A stretch of DNA of 64,000 bases from Takakia lepidozioides (lineage: Eukaryota > Plantae > Bryophyta), in contig CM060732.1 in NCBI GenBank assembly GCA_030704615.1, positions 58,094,001 through 58,158,000 on the forward strand, given 5' to 3'. Each line of letters starts with the position of its first letter. Position 1 is the stretch's first letter. Both the position numbers and the translations under genes were made by a program. The notes under the pieces were generated by a model, which worked only from the letters and a program-made list of their open reading frames with translations, was not told where the DNA came from and did not search any database. This document shows, piece by piece, positions 26,601-37,526 of this stretch.

Positions 26601-28636
26601 AAAAAACAATGAAGATATACATTACTGATTTTGGGAACTGAAGAAACTAAATATATGTCGCTTCCCATGTTTCACTGTTTTTTGGGGCTTTCAGGCAGAT
26701 GGTCACATAAGCAGCTGTTCCGAGTGCAAGAGTCGGAATATTATCGGATGGCGCGAAGGCTATAACCTATGCAGCCTTAAGAAAAGAAGAGGAGGAAAAT
26801 GCAACCTCACTTTCTCAAACATCACAGACATTCAATTCATGAAATGCACTCAATTCCGATTCTCACCGGCGGCAGCAACTGGATTCCGTTTCGCAACAAA
26901 GATCAACCTCATCGATTGCCGCTCCACATGAAGGCCAAGCAACCAAGCTCCATATGACACGTTTTCTCCACAATACTCGTGTAAACAGACATTGCATCAT
27001 CACAACAGGGACCGTAAGAAGATGAACTTGCAACTGAGCAGAGTACACAATGATCTGCAACGGTTCTGTGGACATACCAACGCCATTAGCCATAATACTG
27101 TCCAACTGAAACAGCCTCCACAGGTACAGTCAAGCACACCTTCCTCTTATGTGCCAAAACAACATGAGGTTTGAGGAAGAGACAGACGGATGATGATCTG
27201 CGGATGAAAGGCAACTGAGAAAAGAATGGATGGACAATCATGTGTAACCGTGCATGCACACATATTTCATCCGTCGATGGGATGAACAGCGGCAGAACAT
27301 GAGGGTTGAGGATGATAGTGTCGGATGATGGTTGGGGGATGAAAAGACAACTAACAGAAGAATGGATGAAACTTCATGTGTCCATGCGGACGTTACAGAC
27401 TTCATCGTTCCATGGGATGCACATTGGCGATCCAAATGGGGCATTTGAGGAAACAGTTGTTCCCGTATCTACCTTCATTGGAGTCTTTCTTTTACAGAAT
27501 TCAGGACTTATGCCTCCAGACCTGAGGTCACAGTGTCACACGATTATATCCACGGTCTGTACCATTTTCTGAACCATGGTTCTCACAGTTATGTTCTCAA
27601 TGGTGATTTGTTATGCTTCGATTTCGCAGCAGGTCCTGTTGCTGGTAAAATATGTAAATTGTAACCTGGCATGGACATTCTATTCCGTGACACACAAGCC
27701 AACCCAACCCCATGCAAACTAAGATTGTCGAAGTCTTCGCCACTCCCTCTCACATGCAAAATAAGAGACTACAGATGTGAATTGAGTAACACTACAACAT
27801 GTTATGGACACAAAACCTCAATGCATCTGGTATTTTAGGGTTCCTGTTCATACTGCCACTTGCATTCATATTGGGCCATGTACAATGTTGCAAATTCATT
27901 CCGTATGGGTTACTGATATCGTGTTGGAATGGTAGCGTTATACTGTAAATCTGACACGTTGTTACACATGAATTGCACAAGAGCAGGACAAGCTGAAATC
28001 TGAAAAACCTATGTGCATCTTCAAGTTGGTTGTTTTCTTCGAACTGTGACGAGCATTCACATTAGCGCTTCTAGAATGTTGAGCACAAGAAGAACAATGT
28101 ATTCATTGTGTATGTGTACATAACAACATTTTACAAAGCTAGGTTCATTCTCCAGCGACAAAGACTTTACTTAACCTCAATTGAATAAGAGGAGAAGAAG
28201 TGAAGCTGATAAATCCGACAAGGGGATGACTACACAGAACGGATGGATGACAAACGGATGCAAATGCCATGTGTAACGGTGCAGCCGTTACACAGTGCAA
28301 CCCTCGATGGGATATACATAGGTGCTTTTTCTGCTGGTGGGGAGTTCACGTTCGTCCCACCGAGAGCTTGTGGAAGAGCAGGTTGAAAAATTGAATATAA
28401 GCACAGGGTCATTCTGTGTTTCATGTGATTCATCGTTGTTTTTCTTCACATCATCTCTTTCAAGAGGGAGTATCAGGAAGTTATGTTGTTATCTTAGGGT
28501 TACCCAAGTCGTCTCCTGTATACATTGTTTTCCTGGTGTTCTTCTAAGAAAGTCATAGCTCTTTGGAGTCATCTTCTCCACACACTATAGTTTTTACATA
28601 TTCCGAGGAGACTACTCTATCAAGTTGAGGGTTGCA

Positions 28637-29115
28637 ATGGGATTTGGGGCGGGTGTAGCTTTCAGGCTCCGCAAGATTTATGCAAGATTTGAAGAATTGC
28701 CAGCCCACATACCCATGAGGTCATCTTGCGCCTTCTTGAAAAGGTGCAAATGGAAGAGGGGTAGGACAAAGTGTGGGTTTACAAAATCCAGGGAGGAGTC
28801 AGGACAATGACAATCCACATGGGCGACCTGAAGTGTTCCTACACAATGGATGAAGAGGAGCAAGGAGCTGTGGTTTTGTGCCATGTGCTGTTAGGTTTCA
28901 TGGACAGGCTTGTGTTGAAGACCTGGCACCACAAAAGCAGCCGCTATGAAGGGGAGGGTGTTGTGGATTGGGGGTACCATGTAGATATGGGAGAGGGATG
29001 GGTACAAGAGTTTCTGGAACTCATCCCAGAAAGTAAGAGGGGCATAATAGTCGTAGACCCCTCTAAGGGGTTTTTGGAGGATGAGGTCCGCAGCTATGCA
29101 AGACTGAATGGTTAG
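28637..29115 (+). pseudogene. Orphan cargo ORF with one apparent frameshift
   Basis: MGFGAGVAFRLRKIYARF... continues into VYKIQGGVRTMTIHMGDLKC...FLEDEVRSYARLNG*. Protein-like composition, family unknown. Confidence 0.35.
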
Positions 29116-29299
29116 AGATTGTAAGACTCTCCTGTTTTCATTGAAGACCTGGTACTGGCTGAATTCATTGCACCAGACTCTCGCTTTGTGCCTCCCTATT
29201 TTGGGGTTTGTACATGAAAGTCGGCTTCAGACATATAGTACATGCATGTTGTAACAATTACTTCTCTCAGAGTTGGTATGAGTTGAAGACTCTTGGTTC

Positions 29300-31530
29300 A
29301 GGCTTTCCTTCATTCCTCTAGAAAGTCCTTCACACATGCATGAATTTGCTGAGTGTGACCCGCCCAGCAATCATACCCCAACATGATCAGGGCTTTAGGC
29401 TCGGCCTCCAGAAAGTTTGTGAAAGTGGGTGAAAGTTGGTGAACAGAGGTGCAGGGAGAGACTATGTTTGATATGGTACTGAATACTCTCAGACGTTGCT
29501 TGCCATAGCGTTGTGGCCATAGACCCCGCATCCATTCTTGGGCAGAAGAAGAGGCGATAGACCTACCTTCATGAGGGGTTCAGTCCAGTTGTGGGACTTA
29601 TGTTGGTATACAAAATTGGTTCAGGAGATTGTTGCAGCTTTCTCATTCCTCTAGAAAGTCCTTCATACATGTATGAACCTGCTGGGGGTGACCTGCAGCT
29701 AACCAAGTTTTGCCCAGCCCCCTTCCAACGGACCGGCCAGACTACACTAGATGATGTGAGACTATATGTTGTCCCACCAGTACTGTTAACACCACCAGAT
29801 CTGCCCTACACTAGCACCTGCATTAACACACGTACCAAATTCATGGTAATTTCCCCCCTCCACACTCCCTATCTCTTGCCTTACACCAGCTTAACACACC
29901 CTACTATCTGTACTACATACATGCCTCAGAGCTGCTATGTTACCCAGTACATTAAGGTCTTCTTTGACACCCATAAACCCATACTACCCTCTCATATAGA
30001 GGACCCTCTTGCTCATCTTCAATCTGCAATCTGCCCTCCCTGTTCCCTAGCTTCTACGCCACTAACTACTGGTACTACAGCCCCCTCTCCCTGCAGCTTA
30101 CAACATCCTTGAACGCTGCTGCCCACACATTTAACCACCCACCCAGGTTCCACAACACCTCTAGCTCATGTATCTCTACTCTCCTTCTCACTCTCTCTCT
30201 CTCTACTAACAACCTGTTTCAACCAATGGTCATGTGGTAGCTAAATTGGTTGCATGGCCCTCTTACCTGGGGCAAGCCCATGATCCCCTCCCAATGCTGT
30301 ATCGCTGCCCCCACAGCTCCCACTGCTTCACACCCACACAGACACCATATCATTTGCCACCCCCCCCCTCTTGGAAATTTGGGCTGCTCCATCCATTCTC
30401 GCATCCATTCATGGGCAGAAGAAGAGGCGATAGACCTACCTTCGTGCGGGGTTCAGTCCAATAGTGGGACTTATGTTGGTATACAAAATTGGTTCAGGAG
30501 ATTGTTGAACCTTTGCTTCGTTCCTCTAGAAAGTCCTTCACACATGCATCAACTTGTTGAGGGTGACCTGCCCAGCAATGATACCCCCACATGGCCAGGG
30601 TTTTAGACTCAGGAAGGATCGCAGTTTCTTAAACCTCTTGAAAGTTGGTGAACAGAGGTGTAGGGAGCAGCTATGTTCGACATGGTCCTGAGTACTCATG
30701 ACACGTTCTTTGCCATAGCGTTGTGGCCATAGACCCCGCATCCATTCCTGGGCAGAAGAAGAGGCGATAGACCTACCTTCGTGAGGGGTTCAGTCCAGTA
30801 GTGAGACTTATGTTGGTATACAAAAATTGGTTGAGGAGATTGTTGAAACTTTGCTTCATTCCTGTAGAAAGTCCTTCACACATGCATCAACCTGCTAAGG
30901 GTGACCTGCCCAGCAATCAGACCCCCACATGGCCAGGGTTTTAGACTCACCCTGGATCGCAGTTTCTTAAACCTCTTGAAAGTTGATGAACAGAGCTGCA
31001 GGGAGAGACTATGTTCGACATTGTTCAGGCTTTCCTTCATTCCTCTAGAAAGTCCTTCACACATGCATGAATCTGCTGAGTATGACCTGCCCAGCAATCA
31101 AACCCCAACATGGCCAGGGCTTTAGGCTCAGCCTCGACAAAGTTTGTGAAAGTGGTTGAAAGTTGGTGAACAGAGGCGCAGATAGAGACTATGTTCTTGC
31201 TAGTCCTGAGTACTCACGAGACGTTGTTTGCCATAGCGTCGTGGCCATAGACCCCGTATCCATGGTTGGGCAGCAGAAGAGGCGATAGACCTACATTTGT
31301 GAGGGGTTAATCCAGTACTGAGACTTATGTTGGTATATAAAATTGGTTTAGGAAATTGTTCAGGCTTTCCAGATTTCCTGCAGAAATCCCTCCGCACAAG
31401 CATCCATCTGCTGTATACCCCAAGAGGAGCAGGGCTTTAGGCCGAGCCTCCTGATTTTCAATGTTGGTGAACAGAGGTGTCAGGAGTATGGTCCTGAAGA
31501 TGGTTGCTCACTGATGAGAAAACCCCAACA
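29300..31530 (-). repeat. Head-to-tail array of ~335-bp LINE family B 3' ends, interrupted by a C-rich insert at ~29700-30400
   Basis: TTCCT(C/G)TAGAAAGTCCTTCA recurs at ~29313, 29646, 30521, 30859 and 31040, with a variant at ~31374. CCATAGCGT(T/C)GTGGCCATAGACCCC recurs at 29503, 30713 and 31231. Confidence 0.85.
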
Positions 31531-31593
31531 CTGAGTGATTCCAACAACTCCCAGCATGTGTCATTCACTATTGTCAAGTTATTTTACCACTAG

Positions 31594-32730
31594 TGTGAAA
31601 CTAGCTAGGAAATAGCTAGCTTTTACATATTGACATTTGGGATTGGCCCAAGTGTCAATCCAGGGGTCAAGGCAGATTTAGGCCCTGGAGTGGTTATCTT
31701 CACGGCAAGCGCGGGAGGCTCATCTTTCTCGAGTTGAGCCTCACCGCGCCTAGCTATGGCGCCGTAGTGTGGATTCCCCATGGCGTGGGGTGCATTTGGC
31801 TTGACTTGTATTTGAGTGATGAGGTTATATATGCATGAGTTTAGGCTTCAGCTTTGTGAGCTTGCATGGGCTTGTGCTTGTATTCTTCTTCTTTATCACT
31901 CGAGAAAGATGAGCTCATATCTGTGAGTGCTAGATACGAGTTAGTTGTAGCACTTGTGGTTTTTGCTTGAGAATGAGAGAAACCAGGTTGTTATGCAAGG
32001 AGCACCATGGAGCTCTTGGTTGTTAGAAGCGAAGGCAATGTGGGTTATGAGGTGGTAGACCTTGGCATTCGATCTTCAGCTTCAGAGATGAAAGCACCAT
32101 GCTGCAGGATTGCAAGACCAAGCGAAAGGGCTGATTTGGCTTGGGGCAAATCAGTGCACTTTGTGGAGTATGTTGAGATTGGTTTTCAATCTCGAGCTTC
32201 AGCATTGAGAGGGCTCTTGTCATGGCAAGAGCAGGGCTAGAACATGAACTAAGAGGTGTGGCAAGGCCATGGAATGTGCACCTAGGGTTTCAGAGCTTGG
32301 AAGAAGAGCTCTTGCACCACAAGAGGAGTGTCTTGTGGCTAGAAATGTAAGCATTAGGGTTTCAGGAGCTTGGTAAGGGCTGTGGAGTGCTTAGTCTTGT
32401 CTTAGAGAGCATCAAGGAGCTAAGGAGCCAAGATAGGGGGCTGATACCTCTTGTGTGAAGAGGTTGCATGTGTGGAGCATGTATTCAGCTCATTGAAGCT
32501 TCCATCTTCAAGCTTGGAGGGCAAGCAAGGAAGAGGGAAGGGCTGACTTCCTTTATGTGAGAGCAATGCATGTGTGGAGCATGCTTTCAGCCTGTTGAAG
32601 GCTTGTACTTTCAGGTTTGGGAGTGCAAGAAAGGAAGGAAGGGGCTGGTTTCCCTGTAGGACATGTGTAGAGCATGCTTCCAGCCCGCTGAAGCGTGTAT
32701 TTTCAGGTTGGTGGGTGCAAGAAAGAAAGC
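31594..32730. mobile_element. Possible LTR-retrotransposon-like non-coding fragment nested in the MULE
   Basis: Begins TGTGAAAC, contains TATATA at ~31826 and internal short repeats. No TSD or partner end could be confirmed. Confidence 0.25.
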
Positions 32731-32734
32731 AAAG

Positions 32735-33605
32735 GGGCTGTGACAGGCTGTGCCCAGTGGCCTGTGGGGCTGTGACGGGCTATGAGGGGCTGTGACAGGC
32801 TGTGCCATGTGGCTTGTGGGGCTGTGATGGGCTGTGATAGGCTGTGGCGAGCTGTGAGGGGCTGTGAGGGGTTGTGATGGGCTATGAGGGGCTGTGACAT
32901 ACTGTGGCCTGTGGCCTGTGGGGCTGTGACGGGCTGTGACAGGCTATGCCCTGTGGCCTGTGGGGCTGTGACAGGGTGTGAGGGGCTGTGACAGGCTGTG
33001 TCGTGTGGCCTGTGGGGCTGTGACGGGCTGTGGCGGGCTGTGGCGAGCTGTGATGGGCTGTGACAGGCTATGCCCAGTGGCCTGTGATGGGCTGTGACAG
33101 GCTGTGGCGAGCTGTGACGGGATGTGAGGGGCTGTGACAGGCTGTGCCTAGTGGCATGTGGGGCTGTGACGGGCTGTGAGGGGCTGTGACAGGCTGTGCC
33201 CTGTGGCCTGTGGGGCTGTGATGGGCTGTGAGGGGCTGTGGCCTTTGGGGCTGTGACCCCTGTGACATGTGTAGGGCTGTGACAGGCTGTGCCATGTGGC
33301 CTGTGGGGCTGTGACGGGCTGTGAGGGGCTGTGGCCTTTGGGGCTGTGCCCCTATGACTTGTGTAGGGCTGTGACAAGCTGTGCCATGTGGCCTGTGGGG
33401 CTGTGACGGGTTGTGAGGGGCAGTGACAGGCTGTGCCCTGTGGCCTGTGGGGCTGTGACGGGCTATGAGGGGCTGTGACAGGCTATGGCGGGATGTGACA
33501 GGCTGTGCCCTGTGGCCTATAGGGCTGTGAGGGGCTGTGACAGGCTGTGACATGTGGCCTTTGGGGTTGTGATGGTTGTGGCCTGTGTGGGGCTGTGACG
33601 GCTTT
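32735..33605. repeat. Minisatellite of ~10-bp GGGCTGTGAC(A/G)/GGCCTGTG units
   Basis: Dozens of GGCTGTGA units. Explains the HSPSQP/QPVTAP repetitive ORFs. Confidence 0.95.
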
Positions 33606-34511
33606 GACCAGTGATGTATATGGGCCTGTGCTGGTCTATGGTGGCCCGTGGACGGCCTGTGCTGACTCGTGGAGGCACTGGTGGACTACCTAAGGACTGA
33701 CATGTGGTCTTGAAGGCCGAATTTTGAAGCTCGTGGAGGACGGTTTGAGGAGTATCTTCATGATATCCTTGGGTCATCACGGGCCTACACAGGCCTTAAG
33801 GTGTGGCAGTCACAGGCCCACACAGGCCTTAAAGCACGGCAGTCGCAGGCCCTCACATAGGCCTCAAGGCACGACAGACATAGGCTTGCACGGGTTACAG
33901 TAGCACAGGCTACCATAGGTACATGGTACGATGTTGTAACCCTCATAACTTTTACGGTCACAGCTCCACACAGGTCCACAGAGGTTACATGATACTATTA
34001 CCACATGAGGGGAACGAGAACGTCACCAACTTAGGGAACGGCATTACAGTTCGTATTGTCATAACTGACGGTTAGAGTAGTAACTATTAGTTAGACGGTT
34101 AGGAGCTTGCGGGTAGAAAAGGTAGAATAGCTACGAAGGGAGCACCACTTCTTAGGGACATGGACTTGGAGCACATGCAAGAGATTACGTGGAGGAGGAG
34201 AGAAACGATGGAGTATAGCTTGATACGTGCAAGCTATAGCTATGAGGGGGTTGCTATTCCATGAGCTCATGAGCTCATGAGCGGGCATGGCTCACCCATG
34301 AGCCGCAAAGTAACACACTTCGAATTTCGGCAGATTTTTTTCGGGCCCAAAACTATAAAATAATCGAAAGTAGTATAATAAGAGAAGGTTTTCGAAGATT
34401 TCCGCGCTCATGCTGGAAACACTCCGCTCATAAGTACCAGTGTCCGCTCATGACTTGGAGCCCAGGCTCATGGACTGCCAGGCCAGGTCATAGAAAAACT
34501 GAATTCTGGGC

Positions 34512-34990
34512 AATAACGGCACCGAAATTATCCTAGAGGCAGAGACGCAAGCGGAATTAGGATCCGGGTTTGCAGACTCCGGAAACGCAATGGCGACCTA
34601 TAACCGTGGATAGTACAGTTGCAGAAGTGCAGGAAGGTTGGGTATAACGGCGCCGTAATTGGGCACAGGAAAGAAATAGCCGGCTGAAGGCTCGGGAGTG
34701 AAGCCAATAACGGTGCCGAAATTGGGCTCCGCCAACCAAATACCTGGCTGAAGCCTCCGGAGTGCAGCCAATAACGGTGCCGAAATTGGCCCCGGAAACC
34801 AAATACTCGGCTGAAGCCACCGGAGTGCAGCTGATAACGGCGCCGAAATAGGGGTCCGGAAACCAAATACCCGGCTGAAGGCTGGGCAGTGCAACCAATA
34901 ACGGCACCGAAATTGGGCTCCGGAAACAAAATTCTCGGCTGAAGCTTCCGCAGTCCATCCAATAACGGCGCCGAAATTGGGCTCCGGAGA
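34512..34990. repeat. Tandem ~64-bp repeat with conserved core AATAACGGYRCCGAAAT and CGGCTGAAG
   Basis: Core at 34512, 34643, 34706, 34770, 34833, 34897 and 34961 (period 63-64 bp from 34643 onward). A solitary variant copy lies at 36191. Confidence 0.92.
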
Positions 34991-35221
34991 GCAATTACCC
35001 GCCTTACGGTGAGGGAGTTTTGCAAACTCTCCTGAAACTGGTGCGGATTTGTCTAATAAAAGCACACATGTCAGAGGAAATAGAAGTTTTGCCGCATACA
35101 ATATTGGCAGTGCAGCAATGATATATCCCTCTTCCGCCGGCCTCGCTCTCATTTTGCTCTTCACTCTTCTCTGTTGTGCCCATCTCCTCTCTGCTCTGAG
35201 TTCTTGCTGTGTCGTGAGGCC

Positions 35222-35773
35222 ATGTCGTGCCCGAATCACATCTATCGATGCGAGATGGGAGTCATTGTCCCGAAAGCAGACGACATCATTATCTTCCTAG
35301 ATGTTTACAAGGACAATCCTCGTCTTGTCCAGCTGAGAGCAATGGAGTTTCTTCCAGGATTGCACGATTCTCCTGGACCCCGGCTGGGGAGCAGGTGGTT
35401 CCTACGCATCATGGACCTGGACTTTCCGCTTGAGCGGGAGCCGAACAGATCACGCACAGCGTTGCTGTATCGCTGGAATTGTTGCGAGTGGACGTATGAT
35501 GAGTGCATAGGTGAAAACTTCACGCGTGGACGGACTGGCTCGGAAAGTGGGGACATTCTCTTCAGTTATGAGGATGAGGAGGAGGGGAACACAGGGCCCA
35601 CTGTGAAAATGTCCTTCTACCAAGGGGGCGCTATCGATAAACACGACATCCTCGTTAGTTTCAACCGGGCGACAGAAACCGCTTACATTTTGTTCAGATA
35701 TCGGCACCTAGTCATTCAGGAGGTCCTTGAGAGGCCAGTTCGAGTTCCTTCTTCTTGGGCGAGGGGACCATAG
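35222..35773 (+). CDS. Intronless 183-aa orphan protein inside the MULE (MSCPNHIYRCEMG...SSWARGP)
   Basis: Uninterrupted ATG-to-TAG ORF with globular, beta-rich-looking composition. TATA-like GATATAT at ~35120 and a pyrimidine-rich leader upstream. Confidence 0.55.
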   Translation: MSCPNHIYRCEMGVIVPKADDIIIFLDVYKDNPRLVQLRAMEFLPGLHDSPGPRLGSRWFLRIMDLDFPLEREPNRSRTALLYRWNCCEWTYDECIGENFTRGRTGSESGDILFSYEDEEEGNTGPTVKMSFYQGGAIDKHDILVSFNRATETAYILFRYRHLVIQEVLERPVRVPSSWARGP

Positions 35774-36457
35774 GTCTTGCATGCTAGAGTAGACATGTTT
35801 CGACTCGCCGACACTCATGGCACATACATTTTGATTCAGAAATCAAGTAGCTTCCCTGTGCCATATGGGGAATATACATGCTTGGATAATCTTCTGTTAA
35901 GGTTTTTTGCAATTCACTGCTAGTATGCTGGGACGTGTCATTTGTCATATGGATTGCTGTTTGCATAAGGTGCAGTATGCAAATGCTGGAATGTGCAGTA
36001 GGACCCTTCCCATTGGGACACAGAACTAGTAATCTTGTAAAGGCATCACATTTGCATAACACTGTCAACGTATTGGTAGCAAATTGGAGTCTTCTCATAA
36101 AGGTGGACGAAAACGCCAGGATGAGCTGCGAAATCACCACAAAATTGAATGAAGAGCAGTAACAAGGAAGCACTATGCAGTATACAGACCAATAACGGCA
36201 CTGAAATAGGCCTCAATGCCCGTGTATCTCCACACAATGTATGCTTTACTCGGATCCATTTATAGACAACCAAAATAAAAAAAGTATGCGCATGCCATTT
36301 ACGGCCAAAAACCACATTCTCATGTATTGCGGCACTGAAATGCACCTGGAGCCATGGCGGTGCGGCACCACCAAGTGTATAATTCCTCACAAAAAAATAG
36401 GGTGCAAGAAGATGAATGTAATATAATTGCCACTTTCTCCTTCCCGAATGTGGAATG

Positions 36458-37362
36458 TCAAGCAGTCCGATCTGTATCCTGCCGTAGGGCCTTGTGTAGC
36501 TCGTTGAAACTCAGTGTTAGAGCATGGATGAAGACGTCCACTGCGGATATGCAACTCATGCGCTTCAGAAAAATGTAATAAAGGTGTTTCCAGGGGACGT
36601 ATGCTGCATTCTTCGATTCCATAACAAGGAAGTCCTCACAGTTGCAAGCTGGGTACTGAGAAACCGTGATTGCATACACGACACTGCGCGCAGCAGACCC
36701 GGCTGTTGATAACTGAAATATGCGCCCCATCCCGGGGTGAGGAACATCCCTCCAAGCTTGCACTATGCAGGGCAAGGCAAGAGCGTTGGCCATCCTGGTG
36801 TTGTTCGCCTTTGTTGGTAGCCGCCGTCTTTTCAGTTTCCCCCACCGATGGGTGGGTCAAGCTGCGGGGTCACCCACCGGTATGCGGGGTGAAGAGCTTC
36901 TTGTGGGAGGAGGATGACGACTGGGAATTGGATTACGTGGAACGTCTGTCCTCTCCACCAGTCGAAACCCTGCACTTCCTAGAGTGTCTATGTCGCGGCC
37001 CTTTGCCTTGAGGGCAGGGGGTCGGGACACATGAGGGGCTGCCCCTGTGGTGGGGGCAGCAGCAGCGATAGGTATGGGGGGCTGAAGCACCTTTGAGTGC
37101 CCAAGGCACTCAGGGAAGCGGAGGCGCTCACTAGGTGGAGCCCCGCACACCGGGTTGCGGTGGGGGTGGCTCCACAAGGGGTGGTGGTAGCTTAGCGGGA
37201 CTTAGTGGGGGTGGCATAGGACTCACCATGGGGGCGGAGACCTCGTGGTGGGAGTCGTGGGGAGTCTTGGGACTCATCACGGTCCATAGGGGCCGTGGTG
37301 AGTGGGCCAAGACTCATGCGACTCATCACCGGGAGTCGAGGGTTTTTGTGGTGGTTCGCCAT
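36458..37362 (-). pseudogene. Second SWIM-zinc-finger gene in the MULE (low-complexity N-terminus plus SWIM), decayed
   Basis: TATATATA at 37409-37416 and ATG at 37362 (MANHHKNPRLP). YAITVSQYPACNCEDF...VPWKHLYYIF is a SWIM CxC...CxH motif with the third Cys changed to Trp. Internal stops. Confidence 0.65.
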
Positions 37363-37526
37363 AAAATGGCATGGCTGGTTGTGAAACCCCCGCGGACAGC
37401 TACAGAAGTATATATAGGGAGTAGTAACCTCGAGAACGGTGCAAGCCCGTCGGTGACCAAAAACTAGTGAGTAAGTGAGCGAGCCGGAAAGCGACCAAAG
37501 AGTGGGGAGCTGTTCCGGACTGCCAA

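Noticed and set aside
32611-33780. Long HSPSQP/QPVTAP ORFs of 161-224 aa
   Set aside because: Open frames caused by the stop-poor GGCTGTGAC array on the minus strand; no coding evidence.
31594-33989. Solo LTR from TGTGAAAC to GAGGTTACA
   Set aside because: TG...CA ends are present, but the 5-bp flanks (ACTAG / TGATA) do not form a TSD.
34512-34990. CRISPR-like appearance (conserved core at regular spacing)
   Set aside because: The spacers are homologous to each other, the context is eukaryotic, and there are no cas genes. It is a tandem repeat, and the overlapping minus-strand ORFs are repeat artefacts.
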